The notes beneath the pieces are model-generated. The model searched no databases. It worked only from the letters and a program-made list of their open reading frames with translations, and had not been told where the DNA came from. Made by a program: the position numbers and the translations under genes. Positions 29,938 through 41,556 of a DNA stretch of 64,000 nt are shown in pieces (within the stretch, counting starts at the first letter, position 1; the number at the start of each line of letters is the position of its first letter). The stretch lies in NCBI GenBank assembly GCA_963742105.1, contig CAVUKN010000005.1, positions 1,775,884 through 1,839,883 of the forward strand, given 5' to 3'. The DNA is from an uncultured Acidobacteriota bacterium. Lineage in GTDB: Bacteria > Acidobacteriota > Vicinamibacteria > Vicinamibacterales > UBA2999.

Positions 29938-30916
29938 ATCCAGCCTTTTCGATCGCGTCCGTCAGCTTCTGCTCGAACAGCACGCGCAATTCGGGAAGCG
30001 TGCCGCGCGCACTGCAGCCGGACGCGTTCTTGTGGCCGCCGCCGCCGAACTCCTTGGCGATGGCGTTGACGTCGATCGTGCCTTTCGAGCGCATGCTGAC
30101 GCGCCACTCGCCGGGGCCGTTCTCCTTGAAGAACACGGCGGCAAGGATGTCCTTGACGGTCAGCGGGAGATTGATGAGACCTTCGGTGTCTTCGTAGGTT
30201 CCACCGCACTGTTTCGCCAGTTGTTTGTCCACCCACACGGTGGCGATGCGCCCGGTGTCGTCCAGCTGCATCCCGCTCAGCACCGCGCCGAACAGTTTCA
30301 GGCGCCCGAGGTGGCTGCTGTCGAAGATGTTGCGCGCCACGTCCTGCGCGCTCACGCCGGCCTCGATGCACTGGCGGCAGATGTCGAAGGTACGCGGCGT
30401 GATGTTGGAGTAATGAAATGAGCCGGTGTCGGTCAGGATGGCCACGTACACGTGCGTGGCGATCTCGACGCTGAGCGGTACACCGAGCTCGCGGATCACG
30501 TCGAACACCATCTCGCCACAGGCGGCCGCCGACAGGTCAAACCAGTTCGACTGTCCGAACATCTGGTTTCCCGGATGGTGATCGATGTTGATGACGAACG
30601 TGCGGTCCAGTCCGGTGACGCCAGTCCGGGCCAGGTCGCCGCACTCCATGATGATCGCGGCGTCGCCCGGATCATCGACGTGTTCCGTCACCTCGATGTC
30701 GCGCACTCCGGGGAACACCAGCATGGCCGGCGGCGGCGCATCCCGGCTGACGACGCGAACGTCCTTGCCGAGGTGCTTGAGCGCGAACGCCATCGCGAGT
30801 GAGGATCCGATCGCGTCCCCATCCGGTCGGGTGTGAGACGTCACTACGAACCGCTGCCGGCGCCGGATGTCGTCGGCGACGGTCGCTGCACTGGACTCAC
30901 TCGTCGTTTGTGTCAT
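29924..30916 (-). CDS. nrnA: DHH/DHHA1 phosphoesterase, NrnA-like (oligoribonuclease / pAp phosphatase)
   Basis: DHH motifs VTSHTRPDGDAIGS, IIMECGD and VINIDHHPGN. DHHA1 motif GGGHKNASG. Position between rbfA and truB matches other phyla. Confidence 0.75.
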   Translation of the reverse strand: MTQTTSESSAATVADDIRRRQRFVVTSHTRPDGDAIGSSLAMAFALKHLGKDVRVVSRDAPPPAMLVFPGVRDIEVTEHVDDPGDAAIIMECGDLARTGVTGLDRTFVINIDHHPGNQMFGQSNWFDLSAAACGEMVFDVIRELGVPLSVEIATHVYVAILTDTGSFHYSNITPRTFDICRQCIEAGVSAQDVARNIFDSSHLGRLKLFGAVLSGMQLDDTGRIATVWVDKQLAKQCGGTYEDTEGLINLPLTVKDILAAVFFKENGPGEWRVSMRSKGTIDVNAIAKEFGGGGHKNASGCSARGTLPELRVLFEQKLTDAIEKAGSGSR

Positions 30917-31322
30917 CTCGGTGGGCAGGACTCAGCGCGTCGGGCGGAGTGCCCACGCCGCTGCGTTGCGATTCTTCCTCGTGAAGGTCCCGGAGGATCT
31001 GCTCGACACGGTCCTGGTGGCCAATCGACTCGTCGAACCGGAATTCCAGCTCCGGCACGCGCCGCAGGGTCAGGATGCTGCCAATCTGTCGTCGCAGGAA
31101 GGGCGTGGCGCGGACCAGCGCCTTGGCGGTTTCCTTGCGCGCCTTCTCGTCGCCAAGCGACGTATAGAAGACGCGCGCCTGCTGGAGATCCGGCGACACT
31201 TTTACCCGCGTCAGGGTGATGAAGCCGATGCCGGGATCATGCACGGCGCCGCGACTCAGCAGCGTGCTGAGTTCGTCGCGGATCTGCTCGCCGACTCGGT
31301 CTGGGCGGTGACCTTGTGCCAT
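30897..31322 (-). CDS. rbfA: ribosome-binding factor A
   Basis: ATG 31322 gives MAQGHRPDRVGEQIRDELSTLLSRGAVHDPGIGFITLTRVKVSPDLQQARVFYT..LRRVPELEFRFD. Overlaps the nrnA start by 20 nt. Confidence 0.9.
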   Translation of the reverse strand: MAQGHRPDRVGEQIRDELSTLLSRGAVHDPGIGFITLTRVKVSPDLQQARVFYTSLGDEKARKETAKALVRATPFLRRQIGSILTLRRVPELEFRFDESIGHQDRVEQILRDLHEEESQRSGVGTPPDALSPAHRDDTNDE

Positions 31323-31325
31323 CGA

Positions 31326-31421
31326 TAACTCCCAACTCCCAAGAACCAACTCCCAAGATTGCCCTCCCGAAACAAGCATTTGGGAGTTGGACACGTATAT
31401 GGGGTTGGGAATTGGGAGTTA
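31326..31421. repeat. heptad-array hairpin E7 (CTCCCAA/TTGGGAG flavour) between infB and rbfA
   Basis: AACTCCCAACTCCCAAGAACCAACTCCCAAG ..loop.. TTTGGGAGTTGG..GGGGTTGGGAATTGGGAGTT. On the mRNA strand the 3' arm ends ..GGGAGUUAUCG-AUG(rbfA). Confidence 0.85.
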
Positions 31422-31427
31422 GCGCCG

Positions 31428-34287
31428 CTAGGCGGTCACAGCGGCGACCTTCTCCATTGCGAACGCCTCGATGACGTCGCCGACCTTGATGTCGTTGAAC
31501 CCGGCCAGCGCGATACCGCACTCGAACCCGGATTTCACTTCCGACACGTCGTCCTTGAAGCGCTTGAGCGAGGCAATCTTGCCTTCGTGGATCACGACGT
31601 TGTCGCGCAGCAGGCGCACCTGCGTGTCGCCGGATCGCTTGATCAGACCGGTCGTGACCATGCAGCCGGCGATCGCGCCGATCTTCGGCACCCGGAATAC
31701 TTCGCGCACCTCCGCGGCCCCGAGGCGCACTTCCTTGAAGGTCGGTTCGAGCAGACCTTCCATCGCCTTCTGGATCTCGTCAGTGACGTTGTAGATGATC
31801 GAGTGCTGGCGGATGTCGACCTGCTCGCGCTCCGCCATCTCCGCCGCATTGCGGTCGGGACGGACGTTGAAGCCGATGATGATGGCGTTGGACGCCGACC
31901 CCAGGAGCACGTCGGACTCGTTGATGGCACCGACGCCTGAGCGGATGATCCGGATCTTCACCTTGTCGTCCGACAGCTTCTGCAGCGTGTCGGCAAGCAC
32001 CTCCGACGACCCCTGCACGTCCGCCTTCACGATGATCGGCAACTCCTTCACGCCGCCTTCGGCAATCTGCTGCTGCAGCGACTCGAGTGTCAGGCGGCCG
32101 CCGCGTGCGCCGAGCGCGCGTTCCTTCGCCTGCGTCTGACGGAACGTGGCGATCTGGCGGGCCTTGGCAGCATCGGCGACCGTCTGGAACTGATCGCCGG
32201 GGCTGGGCAGGCTGGTCAAGCCGAGTACTTCGACCGGCGTCGCCGGGCCGGCCGACCGTCACCGAGCGACCGCGATCGTCGATCAGCGCGCGCACCTTGC
32301 CGACGACTGGTCCGGCAATGAAGTTGTCGCCGACGGTGAGGGTGCCGTCCTGGACCAGGACTGTCGCGACGGGACCACGGCCGCGATCGAGCTTGGCTTC
32401 GAGCACTGCGCCCGATGCGCTCCGTTTCGGGTTCGCCTTCAGCTCGAGGATGTCGGTCGAGAGGAGAATCATCTCGAGCAACTGGTCGAGGTTCTGGCGC
32501 TTCTTGGCCGACACCGGCACCATGACGGTGTTGCCGCCCCAGTCTTCCGGTATCAGGTTCAGTTCGGCGAGCTCACGCTTGACGGTTTCCGGGTTTGCGC
32601 CCGGCTTGTCGATCTTGTTGATCGCCACCACGATCGGCACGTTTGCGGCGCGGGCGTGATCGATCGCTTCCTTCGTCTGCGGCATGACTCCGTCGTCTGC
32701 CGCGACGACGAGGACCACGACGTCGGTGACCTTGGCGCCACGAGCGCGCATCAGAGTGAACGCCGCGTGACCCGGCGTGTCCAGGAAGACGACGTTGCGG
32801 TCGCCAACTTCGACGTGGTAGGCGCCGATGTGCTGCGTGATGCCGCCGGCTTCGCGCTCGGCAACCTTGGTTTCACGGATCGCGTCGAGGAGCGAGGTCT
32901 TGCCGTGGTCGACGTGCCCCATGACCGTGACGACCGGCGCTCGCGTCACCACGTCTTCGGGACGCGATTCATCGCCCTCGGTGGAGACGATTTCCTCCTC
33001 GAAGCTCCGCATTTCGACTTCGGCTCCGAATTCGCGCGCCGTCATCGTGGTGGTGTCGGCGTCGAGCGTCGAGTTGATGGTGACGCGCATGCCCTTCATG
33101 AGCAGCTTGCCGAGCACGTCCTTCACGCGAACGTCGAGCTTGTCGGCCAGGTCCTTGACCGTCATGCCCTCTGCCAGGGTGATGGTGCGGCTGATCGGCG
33201 GCGGCGCCGCCGGCGCGGCAGGCATACTCGGCGCTGAGGGACGTTCCCGGCGGGTCTGCGTCGGGCGCTGACCGGGCCTGTGCTGCTGGCCCATCGGCGG
33301 GCGCTGGCCGAACGGCGGGCGCTGGCCGGGCGGGCCCGGCCGGGCGGACATCGGCTGGTTCGGTCGGACCGGCTGCGACGGCAGCGGTCGCGGCCCGCCG
33401 AGCATGCCCGGAGTTGTCGGACGCGGCGGTGCGCCATATCCCGGCCGCCCCGCGGGCGGACGAGCACCGGCAGGAATTGGCCGGGCCGGGGCACCCGTTG
33501 TGGCCGGGCGCGCAGACGCCGGTTGCGCCTGGGGGGCCTGCACCATTCGCGGCTGCGTCACGGCCGGGCGCTTCGCCGGGGCCAGCGGACGGGCGGGCGG
33601 CGGCGGTGCATTGGGATCCTCGACGCGAAGCCGTAGCGTGGGCGGCACGAAACGCCCGCTCGGCGGCGGGGGCGGTTGAACTGCGGGTGACGCAGGCGCA
33701 GACTTCTCGACTTCGGCCGGTTCGGTTGCAACGGACACAGGGGCGATTTCTTCCTCGACGGGTGTGGCGGCGACCGGCTCCGGCGTTTCCACCGGTGCGG
33801 GTGCCTCGATGGTATGCGGTTCCGGAGCTGGCGCCTCGACCACGGCAACGGGCTCCGGTGCCTGCACTTCCTCGACAACTGGAGGCTGAGGCGGAGCTTC
33901 GACCTGTTCCACGACGGGCGCCGGCGCAGCGGCGACCGCCCCCGCTTCATCGGGATGCACTACGGGTCTGACGGTCTTGACAAGGCGAGGGGGACCGAGC
34001 TGCGGGGCGGCCGGCTTCGTCGGCTCGGCCTTCTTGACCAGCGTCGGCTTCTTGCCGCCGGTGGCCTTGGCGGGCGCGTGATGGTGCTCGGCGAACATGT
34101 CGCCGCCCGGTAGTGCAATGTTGCGCTGGCGGGCGACGCGCTCGACGAACGACCGCGCGACGACCTCTTCGAGCGTGCTCGATGCGCTCTTCAGCTCGAT
34201 TCCGTGATCGCGCTTCAGCAGCGCCAGCACTTCCTGGCTCGTGGTGTCGAGCAGCTCCGCGACCTTGTAAATCCGAACCGTTGCCAA
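31428..34287 (-). CDS. infB: translation initiation factor IF-2; one frameshift near 32225
   Basis: TTG 34287 is preceded by AAGGA. N-terminus [13 protein letters not shown].., then a Pro/Ala-rich linker. G domain: [25 protein letters not shown] and NKIDK. After ..[11 protein letters not shown] the reading continues in ORF 31428..32219 (..[40 protein letters not shown]). Confidence 0.95.
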
Positions 34288-34317
34288 ATCGATGTCCTTC
34301 TTAGCTACGTAACCTGG

Positions 34318-35554
34318 CTACTCGTGCTTGGCCGCGTCATCATCCGCCGTCGCGACACTGTCGTCGTCGCGCTCACCGGGCGTCTGCAGGGTGTCGTCGG
34401 CGTCGGCCAGTGCCGGCTCGCTCTCGATCCCTTCCTGCGCCTCGGCCGAGACTTCGGCGGGATTCGCCTCGCCGTCGCCCAGTTCCAGCGCACCGAACTG
34501 CGCTTCGACTTCGCGACGCTTCTCTTCCTCGCTCTTGATGTCGATCCGCCAGCCGGTCAACTTGGCGGCGAGCCGGACGTTCTGCCCCTTCTTGCCGATC
34601 GCCAGGGACAGCTGCTTGTCCTCGACCACGACCTCCATCACCCGTTCGGCATCGTCGACGATGGTGACGCGCTGCACTTTCGCAGGGCTGAGTGCATTCG
34701 TCACGAAGATGACCGGGTCGTCGGACCACTCGACGATGTCGATCTTCTCGCCACGCAGCTCGCGGATGATCGCCTGGACGCGGGTGCCCTTCATGCCGAC
34801 GCACGCGCCGACCGGATCGACGTCGCGTTCACGCGAGTAGACCGCGACTTTCGCGCGGTCGCCGGCTTCGCGCACGGCGCCACGGATCATCACCGTCCCG
34901 TCGTAGATTTCCGGCACTTCCTGTTCGAACAGCTTGATCAGCAGTGCGGGATCCGTGCGGGACAATACGATCTGCGGGTCCCTTCGCACTGCGATTGACC
35001 CCCTTGATGACGGCGCGGATCCGTTCTCCCGGCGTGTAGCTTTCGGCGCGCGACTGCTCCTTGCGCGGCAGGACCGCTTCGTTCCGACCGAGCTCGACGA
35101 CGAGATCGCCGTTCTCGAACCGCTTGACGACCGCGTTCTGCACGTCGCCGACGCGGTTGCTGAACTCGGCGTAGACGTTCTCGCGTTCCGCTTCGCGAAC
35201 CTTCTGGAAGATGACCTGCTTTGCCGTCTGCGCCGCGATACGCCCGAGTACGTCCGTCCGCTTCGGGAACTCGATTTCCATGTCGACTTCCGCTTCGTCG
35301 CCGTACAGCTCCTGCGCTTCCTTCAGCGAAATCTCGGTTGCCGGATTCTCGACGGTGCCGACGATGTGCTTGATGGCGAACAGGTCGACCTGGCCGGTCT
35401 CGGGATTGAAGCGCGTCTTCAGGTTCTCGTTCGTCTTGTAGTACTTGCGCGACGCCGTCAGGACGGCGTCCTCGATCGCGGTGATGATCGTGTCGGCCTC
35501 GATGCCCTTTTCCTTGGCCAGCGCTTCGATCGTTTGCATCAACGGGTTTTGCAT
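34318..35554 (-). CDS. nusA: transcription termination/antitermination factor NusA; one frameshift near 34985
   Basis: N-terminal and S1 regions lie in ORF 34829..35554 (..[33 protein letters not shown]..). KH domains lie in ORF 34318..34989 ([23 protein letters not shown].., [52 protein letters not shown]). Confidence 0.95.
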
Positions 35555-35562
35555 AGCTCTCT

Positions 35563-35650
35563 ATTCGTGATTCTTGATTCTTGATTCGTGAATGACGCGC
35601 CGGTGTCTCTCGTCCGGTAATCAAGAATCACGACTCAAACATCACGAATC
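35563..35650. repeat. heptad-array hairpin E9 (GATTCTT/AAGAATC flavour) between rimP and nusA
   Basis: TTCGTGATTCTTGATTCTTGATTCGTGAATG ..loop.. GTAATCAAGAATCACGACTCAAACATCACGAATC. Confidence 0.8.
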
Positions 35651-35651
35651 T

Positions 35652-36128
35652 CTAAAACTCCACTTCCAACCGCCCCCGCGTAATCAACCGATACGGCAGC
35701 CGGTGCATCCGTCGTTCGGCGACTCCAGCAGCACGTCCTCGCCGTCGACCCCGCGCAGGTGACCCTCGAACGCCTTCTGGTTGTCCACCGGCTCGCTCAC
35801 CACGACCTTGGCAGTAGCGCCCGGCGAAGCGCCCGTAGTCGTCGAATCCGCGCAGCGGCCGGTCGAGCCCGGGCGATGAAACCTCGAGCGTGTACGCAAA
35901 CGGCAGCGGGTCTTCGACGTCGAGGATGGTGCTCAACTCGCGGTTGACCTGCTCGCAATCCTCGATGCTGACACTCTCCTCCGGCGTGGCCGACGGCCCT
36001 GGCCGGTCGATAAACACCCGAACGACATGTCCCAACGCCTCCCGGCGGCTCTGGATGTCCCAGATGACGAGCCCCCGCGCTGCGGCGACCCGCTCCGCGA
36101 TTGCGCGAATCTGTTCGAGGGGTTGCAT
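35652..36128 (-). CDS. rimP: ribosome maturation factor RimP; two compensating frameshifts near 35825 and 35700
   Basis: MQPLEQIRAIAERVAAARGLVIWDIQ..VVRVFIDRPG..VSIEDCEQVNRELSTILDVEDPLPFAYTLEVSSPGLDRPL. The middle part AKVVVSEPVDNQKAFEGHLRGVDGEDVLL lies in ORF 35684..35899, then the reading returns to the first frame (..RLPYRLITRGRLEVEF*). Confidence 0.85.
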   Translation of the reverse strand: MQPLEQIRAIAERVAAARGLVIWDIQSRREALGHVVRVFIDRPGPSATPEESVSIEDCEQVNRELSTILDVEDPLPFAYTLEVSSPGLDRPLRGFDDYGRFAGRYCQGRGERAGGQPEGVRGSPARGRRRGRAAGVAERRMHRLPYRLITRGRLEVEF

Positions 36129-36185
36129 CCGGCCCAGCTCGTTCGCGAGGACGCGGCGCCCGCACGTCGCACATGCCCTAAAACT

Positions 36186-36207
36186 AAAAAAGTGGGCGCA
36201 AGCCCAC
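36186..36207 (-). terminator. canonical Rho-independent terminator 3' of rimO
   Basis: The minus strand reads GTGGGC-TTGC-GCCCAC followed by TTTTTT (plus strand aaaaaa 36186-36191, then stem 36192-36207). Confidence 0.7.
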
Positions 36208-36324
36208 CTGGAGTCTTACTCCGATTGGTGACAGCCGTTAAGTGTATCACTTTCGGCACGTCGAACGTGCCGGCCAGCCGCGCGGTTCACGATGGCGAGC
36301 CCGGCGCGGCCCGCTGCTGGAGCA

Positions 36325-37747
36325 CTAGACGCCGGCAGGAACCTGGACGGGGCGAGCGACCAGATCGTAGTCGCGGCTGCTGACGATTTCGGCGGTCAGG
36401 AACTGGCCAGGGCTGAGCTCGGACGGATCGCACTCGGTCAGATAGACGACCGGATCGATATCCGGCGCCTGACCCTCGAGGCGGGCCCGCAGGACGAGTT
36501 CGTGGTCGCTCGACGGGCCGTCGACGAGCAGCCGAACCTGCTCTCCAACCCGGCTTCGCGTGGCGGCTCGCCACGATCTTCTTCTGCAACCGCATGAGCT
36601 TGGACTGGCGCTGCTTCTTCACCACGGCCGGGACATCGTCCACCATCGCGTGGGCAGTCGTGCCCTCCTCGTGCGAGTAGGTGAAGACGCCGACATGATC
36701 GAAACGCGTGGCTTCGACGAAGCTTTCGAGTTGGGCGAAGTCGTCTGCCGTTTCGCCAGGGAAGCCGACGATGAAGGTGGTGCGAAGGGTGACGCCAGGT
36801 AGCCGCGTCCGGATGCGGTCGAGCAGCGTCTCGTAGCTCGCGCGCGTGCCTGGCCGCCTCATTCGCTTGAGTACCGCGATCCGCAGCGTGCTGCAGTGGC
36901 AGGTCGATGTACTTGCAGACCTTGTCGCTTTCGGCCATCGCGTCCAGCACTTCGTCGGTGATGGTGGTCGGATAGAGATACAGCATCCGGATCCACTCGA
37001 GACCGTCCACGCGGTTCAACTCGCGCAGCAGGCGAGCGAGCCCGCCCCGTTCGCCGCGGTCAATCCCGTAGAAGCTCGTGTCCTGCGAGATCAGCAGCAG
37101 TTCCCTGACACCGCGCGCCGCCAGGTTCGTCGCTTCCTGAACGATCGACTCGACCGACCGGCTCCGGTAGTCGCCGCGAAGTTTCGGGATGATGCAGAAG
37201 GCGCATCGGTAGTCGCATCCCTCCGGCGATCTTCACGTAGGCGTAATGACGCGGAGTGGCGAGCAGTCGCGGCGTGTCCGCGTCGTAGATATAGGTCGGG
37301 AGATTGCGGGTTTCGGGCTGCGGGTTACGGGACTTCGGCCCTGACCGGCTCGCCGTTCGAGCGCTGCACCTGGATGAGGCCTGGATCCCGAAGCCTGGAG
37401 CCCGGGGCCCTCAGCGCATTCACGATTTCAGGCACTTCGTCCGTTCCGAGCACGACGTCGATCTCCGGGATCTCGGCTCGGAGCTCGTCGCGGTATCGCT
37501 CGGCCATGCAGCCGGTGACGATCAACTGCCGGCACGCGCCGTTCTTCTTGTGCTCGGCCATCTCCAGGATGGCGTCGATCGACTCCTGCTTGGCCTTGTC
37601 GATGAAGGCGCAGGTGTTGACGATCAGCACGTCCGCGTCGGCGGCATCGCGGGTCAGCTGGTGCCCTTCGCCCTGGGCCAGGCCCAGCATGACCTCGGAG
37701 TCCACGAGGTTCTTGGGGCAGCCGAGCGAAACCATTCCAATCTTCAT
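36325..37747 (-). CDS. rimO: ribosomal protein S12 methylthiotransferase RimO (radical SAM MTTase); at least 4 frameshifts near 37327, 37225, 36880 and 36555
   Basis: [29 protein letters not shown].. (UPF0004 domain). Radical-SAM motif [20 protein letters not shown] (spans a shift). Also [20 protein letters not shown], and a TRAM tail ..[36 protein letters not shown] (stop 36325-36327). Confidence 0.85.
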
Positions 37748-37790
37748 CAGGGATATCTAAGGATACCCGACGGATAATCGTCAGGCCGAC

Positions 37791-39213
<1,423 letters not shown>

Positions 39214-39221
39214 CCGTCACG

Positions 39222-39312
39222 CAAAAACAACCACGAAGTGCACGAAGGTACGAAGACCTGAATATTTCTCCTGTCCTTCGTCCCTTCGTGGGCTTCGTGG
39301 TTGGTTTTTCGT
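39222..39312. repeat. repeat-array hairpin E10 (CACGAAG/CTTCGTG flavour)
   Basis: CAAAAACAACCACGAAGTGCACGAAGGTACGAAG ..loop.. CTTCGTCCCTTCGTGGGCTTCGTGGTTGGTTTTTCG. It fills the convergent junction between asnS and the isomerase gene. Confidence 0.85.
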
Positions 39313-39320
39313 ACTCCAAA

Positions 39321-40176
39321 TCAGTACGTGACGAACGTCTTCTCCAGGCGTTCGCGCGCCTTCGCAATTCTCTTCAACACGTCGACCGGCTGGGCCCCGT
39401 TGCTGCCGACTTCGAACATCAGCGCACCGTCGTAGCCGATCTTCTGCGTCGCCATCATCGCTTCGTCCCAGTTGATGCGTGCCGGCGTACGGGACGAGGT
39501 GGTCGTCTCGCTTGCCGTTGTTGTCGTGCACGTGGGTGGTCCAGAGGTGGCCTGAAACGGTTTCGACCGCTTCGGCGACGTCGGTCATGAGGTGCGCGTG
39601 ACCGTAGTCGAGGCAGATCCCGACGTCCACGCCCTCGAGCTGTTCCTCGATAGTGTCCACCAGGCCGGCCGCACCGGACAGCGGGTTGGGCATCACCTCG
39701 AGCGCGACGCGAACGTTGACGCGGGTGGCGGCTTCGACGATGTCGATCACGCTCCGGCGTGCGGCGTCCGGTTGATTGTCGCCGGGCGGGATCTTCTGTC
39801 CGGTCGGGATGCCGACGTGCACCACAAGGAACTCGAAGGGGATGGAGCCGGCAATGGCCAGCGCCGCTTCTGCTTCGGACACGGCCGCCTTCCGTCGCGT
39901 CTCGTCGCCAGACGCGATGGAAAACGATCCGACCCACTCGCCGCCGCGCATCGCCTCCATCACCGGTGCGTGCACCGAGTGGAGGGTCACTCGCGTGTCG
40001 CCGAGCCACTCGCGCAGCTCAGCGATCGCGTCCGGGTTGCGGTAATCGAAATGGGAGCGCGTCGCGAAGAGCTCGATCAGCTCGAAACCGTGCGCCGCAA
40101 GGTCGACCACGTCCTCACGCGTGAGGCGGCGGTCGTGGAAGAGATGCGTCGAGACACCGAATCCGCGGTCCGCCAC
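39321..40176 (-). CDS. sugar phosphate isomerase/epimerase (xylose-isomerase-like TIM barrel); one frameshift near 39470
   Basis: GFGVSTHLFHDRRLTREDVVDLAAHGFELIELFATRSHFD.., FLVVHVG, ALEVMPN and THVHDN. The tail lies in another frame: INWDEAMMATQKIGYDGALMFEV..RERLEKTFVTY* (stop 39321-39323). The start GTG 40176 is tentative. Confidence 0.6.
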
Positions 40177-40191
40177 GCTCCCGATTCTAGC

Positions 40192-40463
40192 TGTTCGCGC
40201 TTTTGCGTTCCCAGTTCTCAGTTCGTGTTCAGGTTCGGCTGACGTGCCTACTTGCTGTTGGCTCGAGCAACAGTCTGTGATGCTGTCGGCGCCTCGGACC
40301 TCGGACCTCGGACCTCGGACCTCGAACTGCGAATTGCGAAGGACGAACGACCAACGACGAACTTCGAATTCCGAACTTCGAACTCCGAATTCCGAACTTC
40401 GAACTTCGAACTTCGAACCGAACCTGAACACGAACCGAGAAGCGAGAACCGAGAAGTGCGAAC
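40192..40463. repeat. compound nested heptad-array element E11 (about 270 bp)
   Basis: Outer arms CAGTTCTCAGTTCGTGTTCAGGTTCGG (40212-40238) and CCGAACCTGAACACGAACCGAGAAGCGAGAACC (from 40418). Small hairpin CTGTTG-GCTCGAG-CAACAG at 40255-40273. Inner arms (CCTCGGA)x4..CGAATTGCGAAGG versus (CGAACTT/CGAATTC)x8. Confidence 0.9.
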
Positions 40464-40472
40464 AGGCTCTGA

Positions 40473-41543
40473 TTACCGCAACTCGTCGAGATGCTCGGCG
40501 AGCAAGTTCCTGCAGACGGGCGAAGCGCGGGTAGCGCTCGAGGTTGGCGCGGACGTACCGCAGCGTTCGCGGCATGTACTGGATGTAAACGGTGTTTCCG
40601 CGGGTCAAGGTCTGGTAGCCGAACGTGCCGAGCGCCTTGAGGTTGCGCTGCACCGCCATCAGGTCGAATCGGCGGCGGAATGCATCGATGTCCGGCCGCG
40701 CCGTCGCCGGTCCGCCCGGCTTCGCCGTCCGGGATGGCGAGTCGTTCGGTGCGAGGAAGACTGCGATCAGCTGCTCGACCTGCGTCTCGGTGAAGTCGAC
40801 GTAGGAGTCGCGCAGCAGCGACACGAGGTCGTAGGTGTCCGGCCCCATGCGCGCATCCTGGAAGTCGATGATGTACAGCCGCCCGTCGTGCAGCATCAGG
40901 TTGCGGCTGTGATAATCGCGATGACAGAGGACGCGCGGTTCAGCCGCCAGTTCTTCGGCGATGACCGCGAACTCCTCGCCCAGCGCGGCGCGTTCGCGGG
41001 CATCCAGCGTCGCGCCTCGATAGCCCTCGAGGAAGTGCTTCACGAAGAACTGCAGCTCCCACGTCAGCTTCTCGACGTCGAAGGCGATCCGGTACGGCAG
41101 GTACTCGTTGGACGACAGTTCGGCGCCCCGCTGCTGCAGCGTCTGGATCAGCGCGACTGCCTCGCGATACAGCGCGTCGTGTTCGCTCGACGAGGCCGCC
41201 CCGAGGTGGGCCTGCAGCGTGACGTCGCCGAGGTCCTCCAGCGCGATGACGCCGAGCTCGTTGGAGTGGCCGGTAATCCGCGGCACCGGGACCGGCATCG
41301 CCGCCAGCAGCCGCGCCACGTTGACGAATGGCAGCGACTCGAACTCGATGGGCCCTCGGATGGACGGCAATCACCTGCGACGGTTCGTCGCGGAGCAGCA
41401 CGCGGAAGTAGCGCCGGTCGGACGCGTCGCCCGTCAGCGGAACGACCCGGGCCCCGCGGGCGTTGAGACCGGTCTCGTTCAGATACCGATCGATGCGGGC
41501 TCGGACGTCGGTCGTTGTCAGCTGTCGATTGTTCTGCAGTCAT
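40473..41543 (-). CDS. phosphotransferase-family sugar kinase, AmgK-like (anomeric MurNAc/GlcNAc kinase family); at least 3 frameshifts near 41500, 41355 and 40510
   Basis: ..VRARIDRYLNETGL..VVPLTGDASDRRYFRVLL.., catalytic loop LCHRDYHSRNLML, then IIDFQDARMGPDTYDLVSLLRDSY. The true C-terminus ..RLQELLAEHLDELR* is reached one frame off (TAA 40473-40475). Confidence 0.6.
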
Positions 41544-41556
41544 CAGGGCCAAGAGA

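Noticed and set aside
39217-41370. A 717-aa ORF that looks like a kinase-isomerase fusion protein.
   Set aside because: The two enzyme halves are joined only by translation of heptad element E11 (..FEVRSSEFGVRSSEFEVRR..). The kinase's natural C-terminus and TAA (40473-40475) lie one frame off, and the tail of the ORF (..KNQPRSPRRDEGQEKYSGLRTFVHFVVVFA) is translated repeat E10. This is a read-through artefact, not a fusion.
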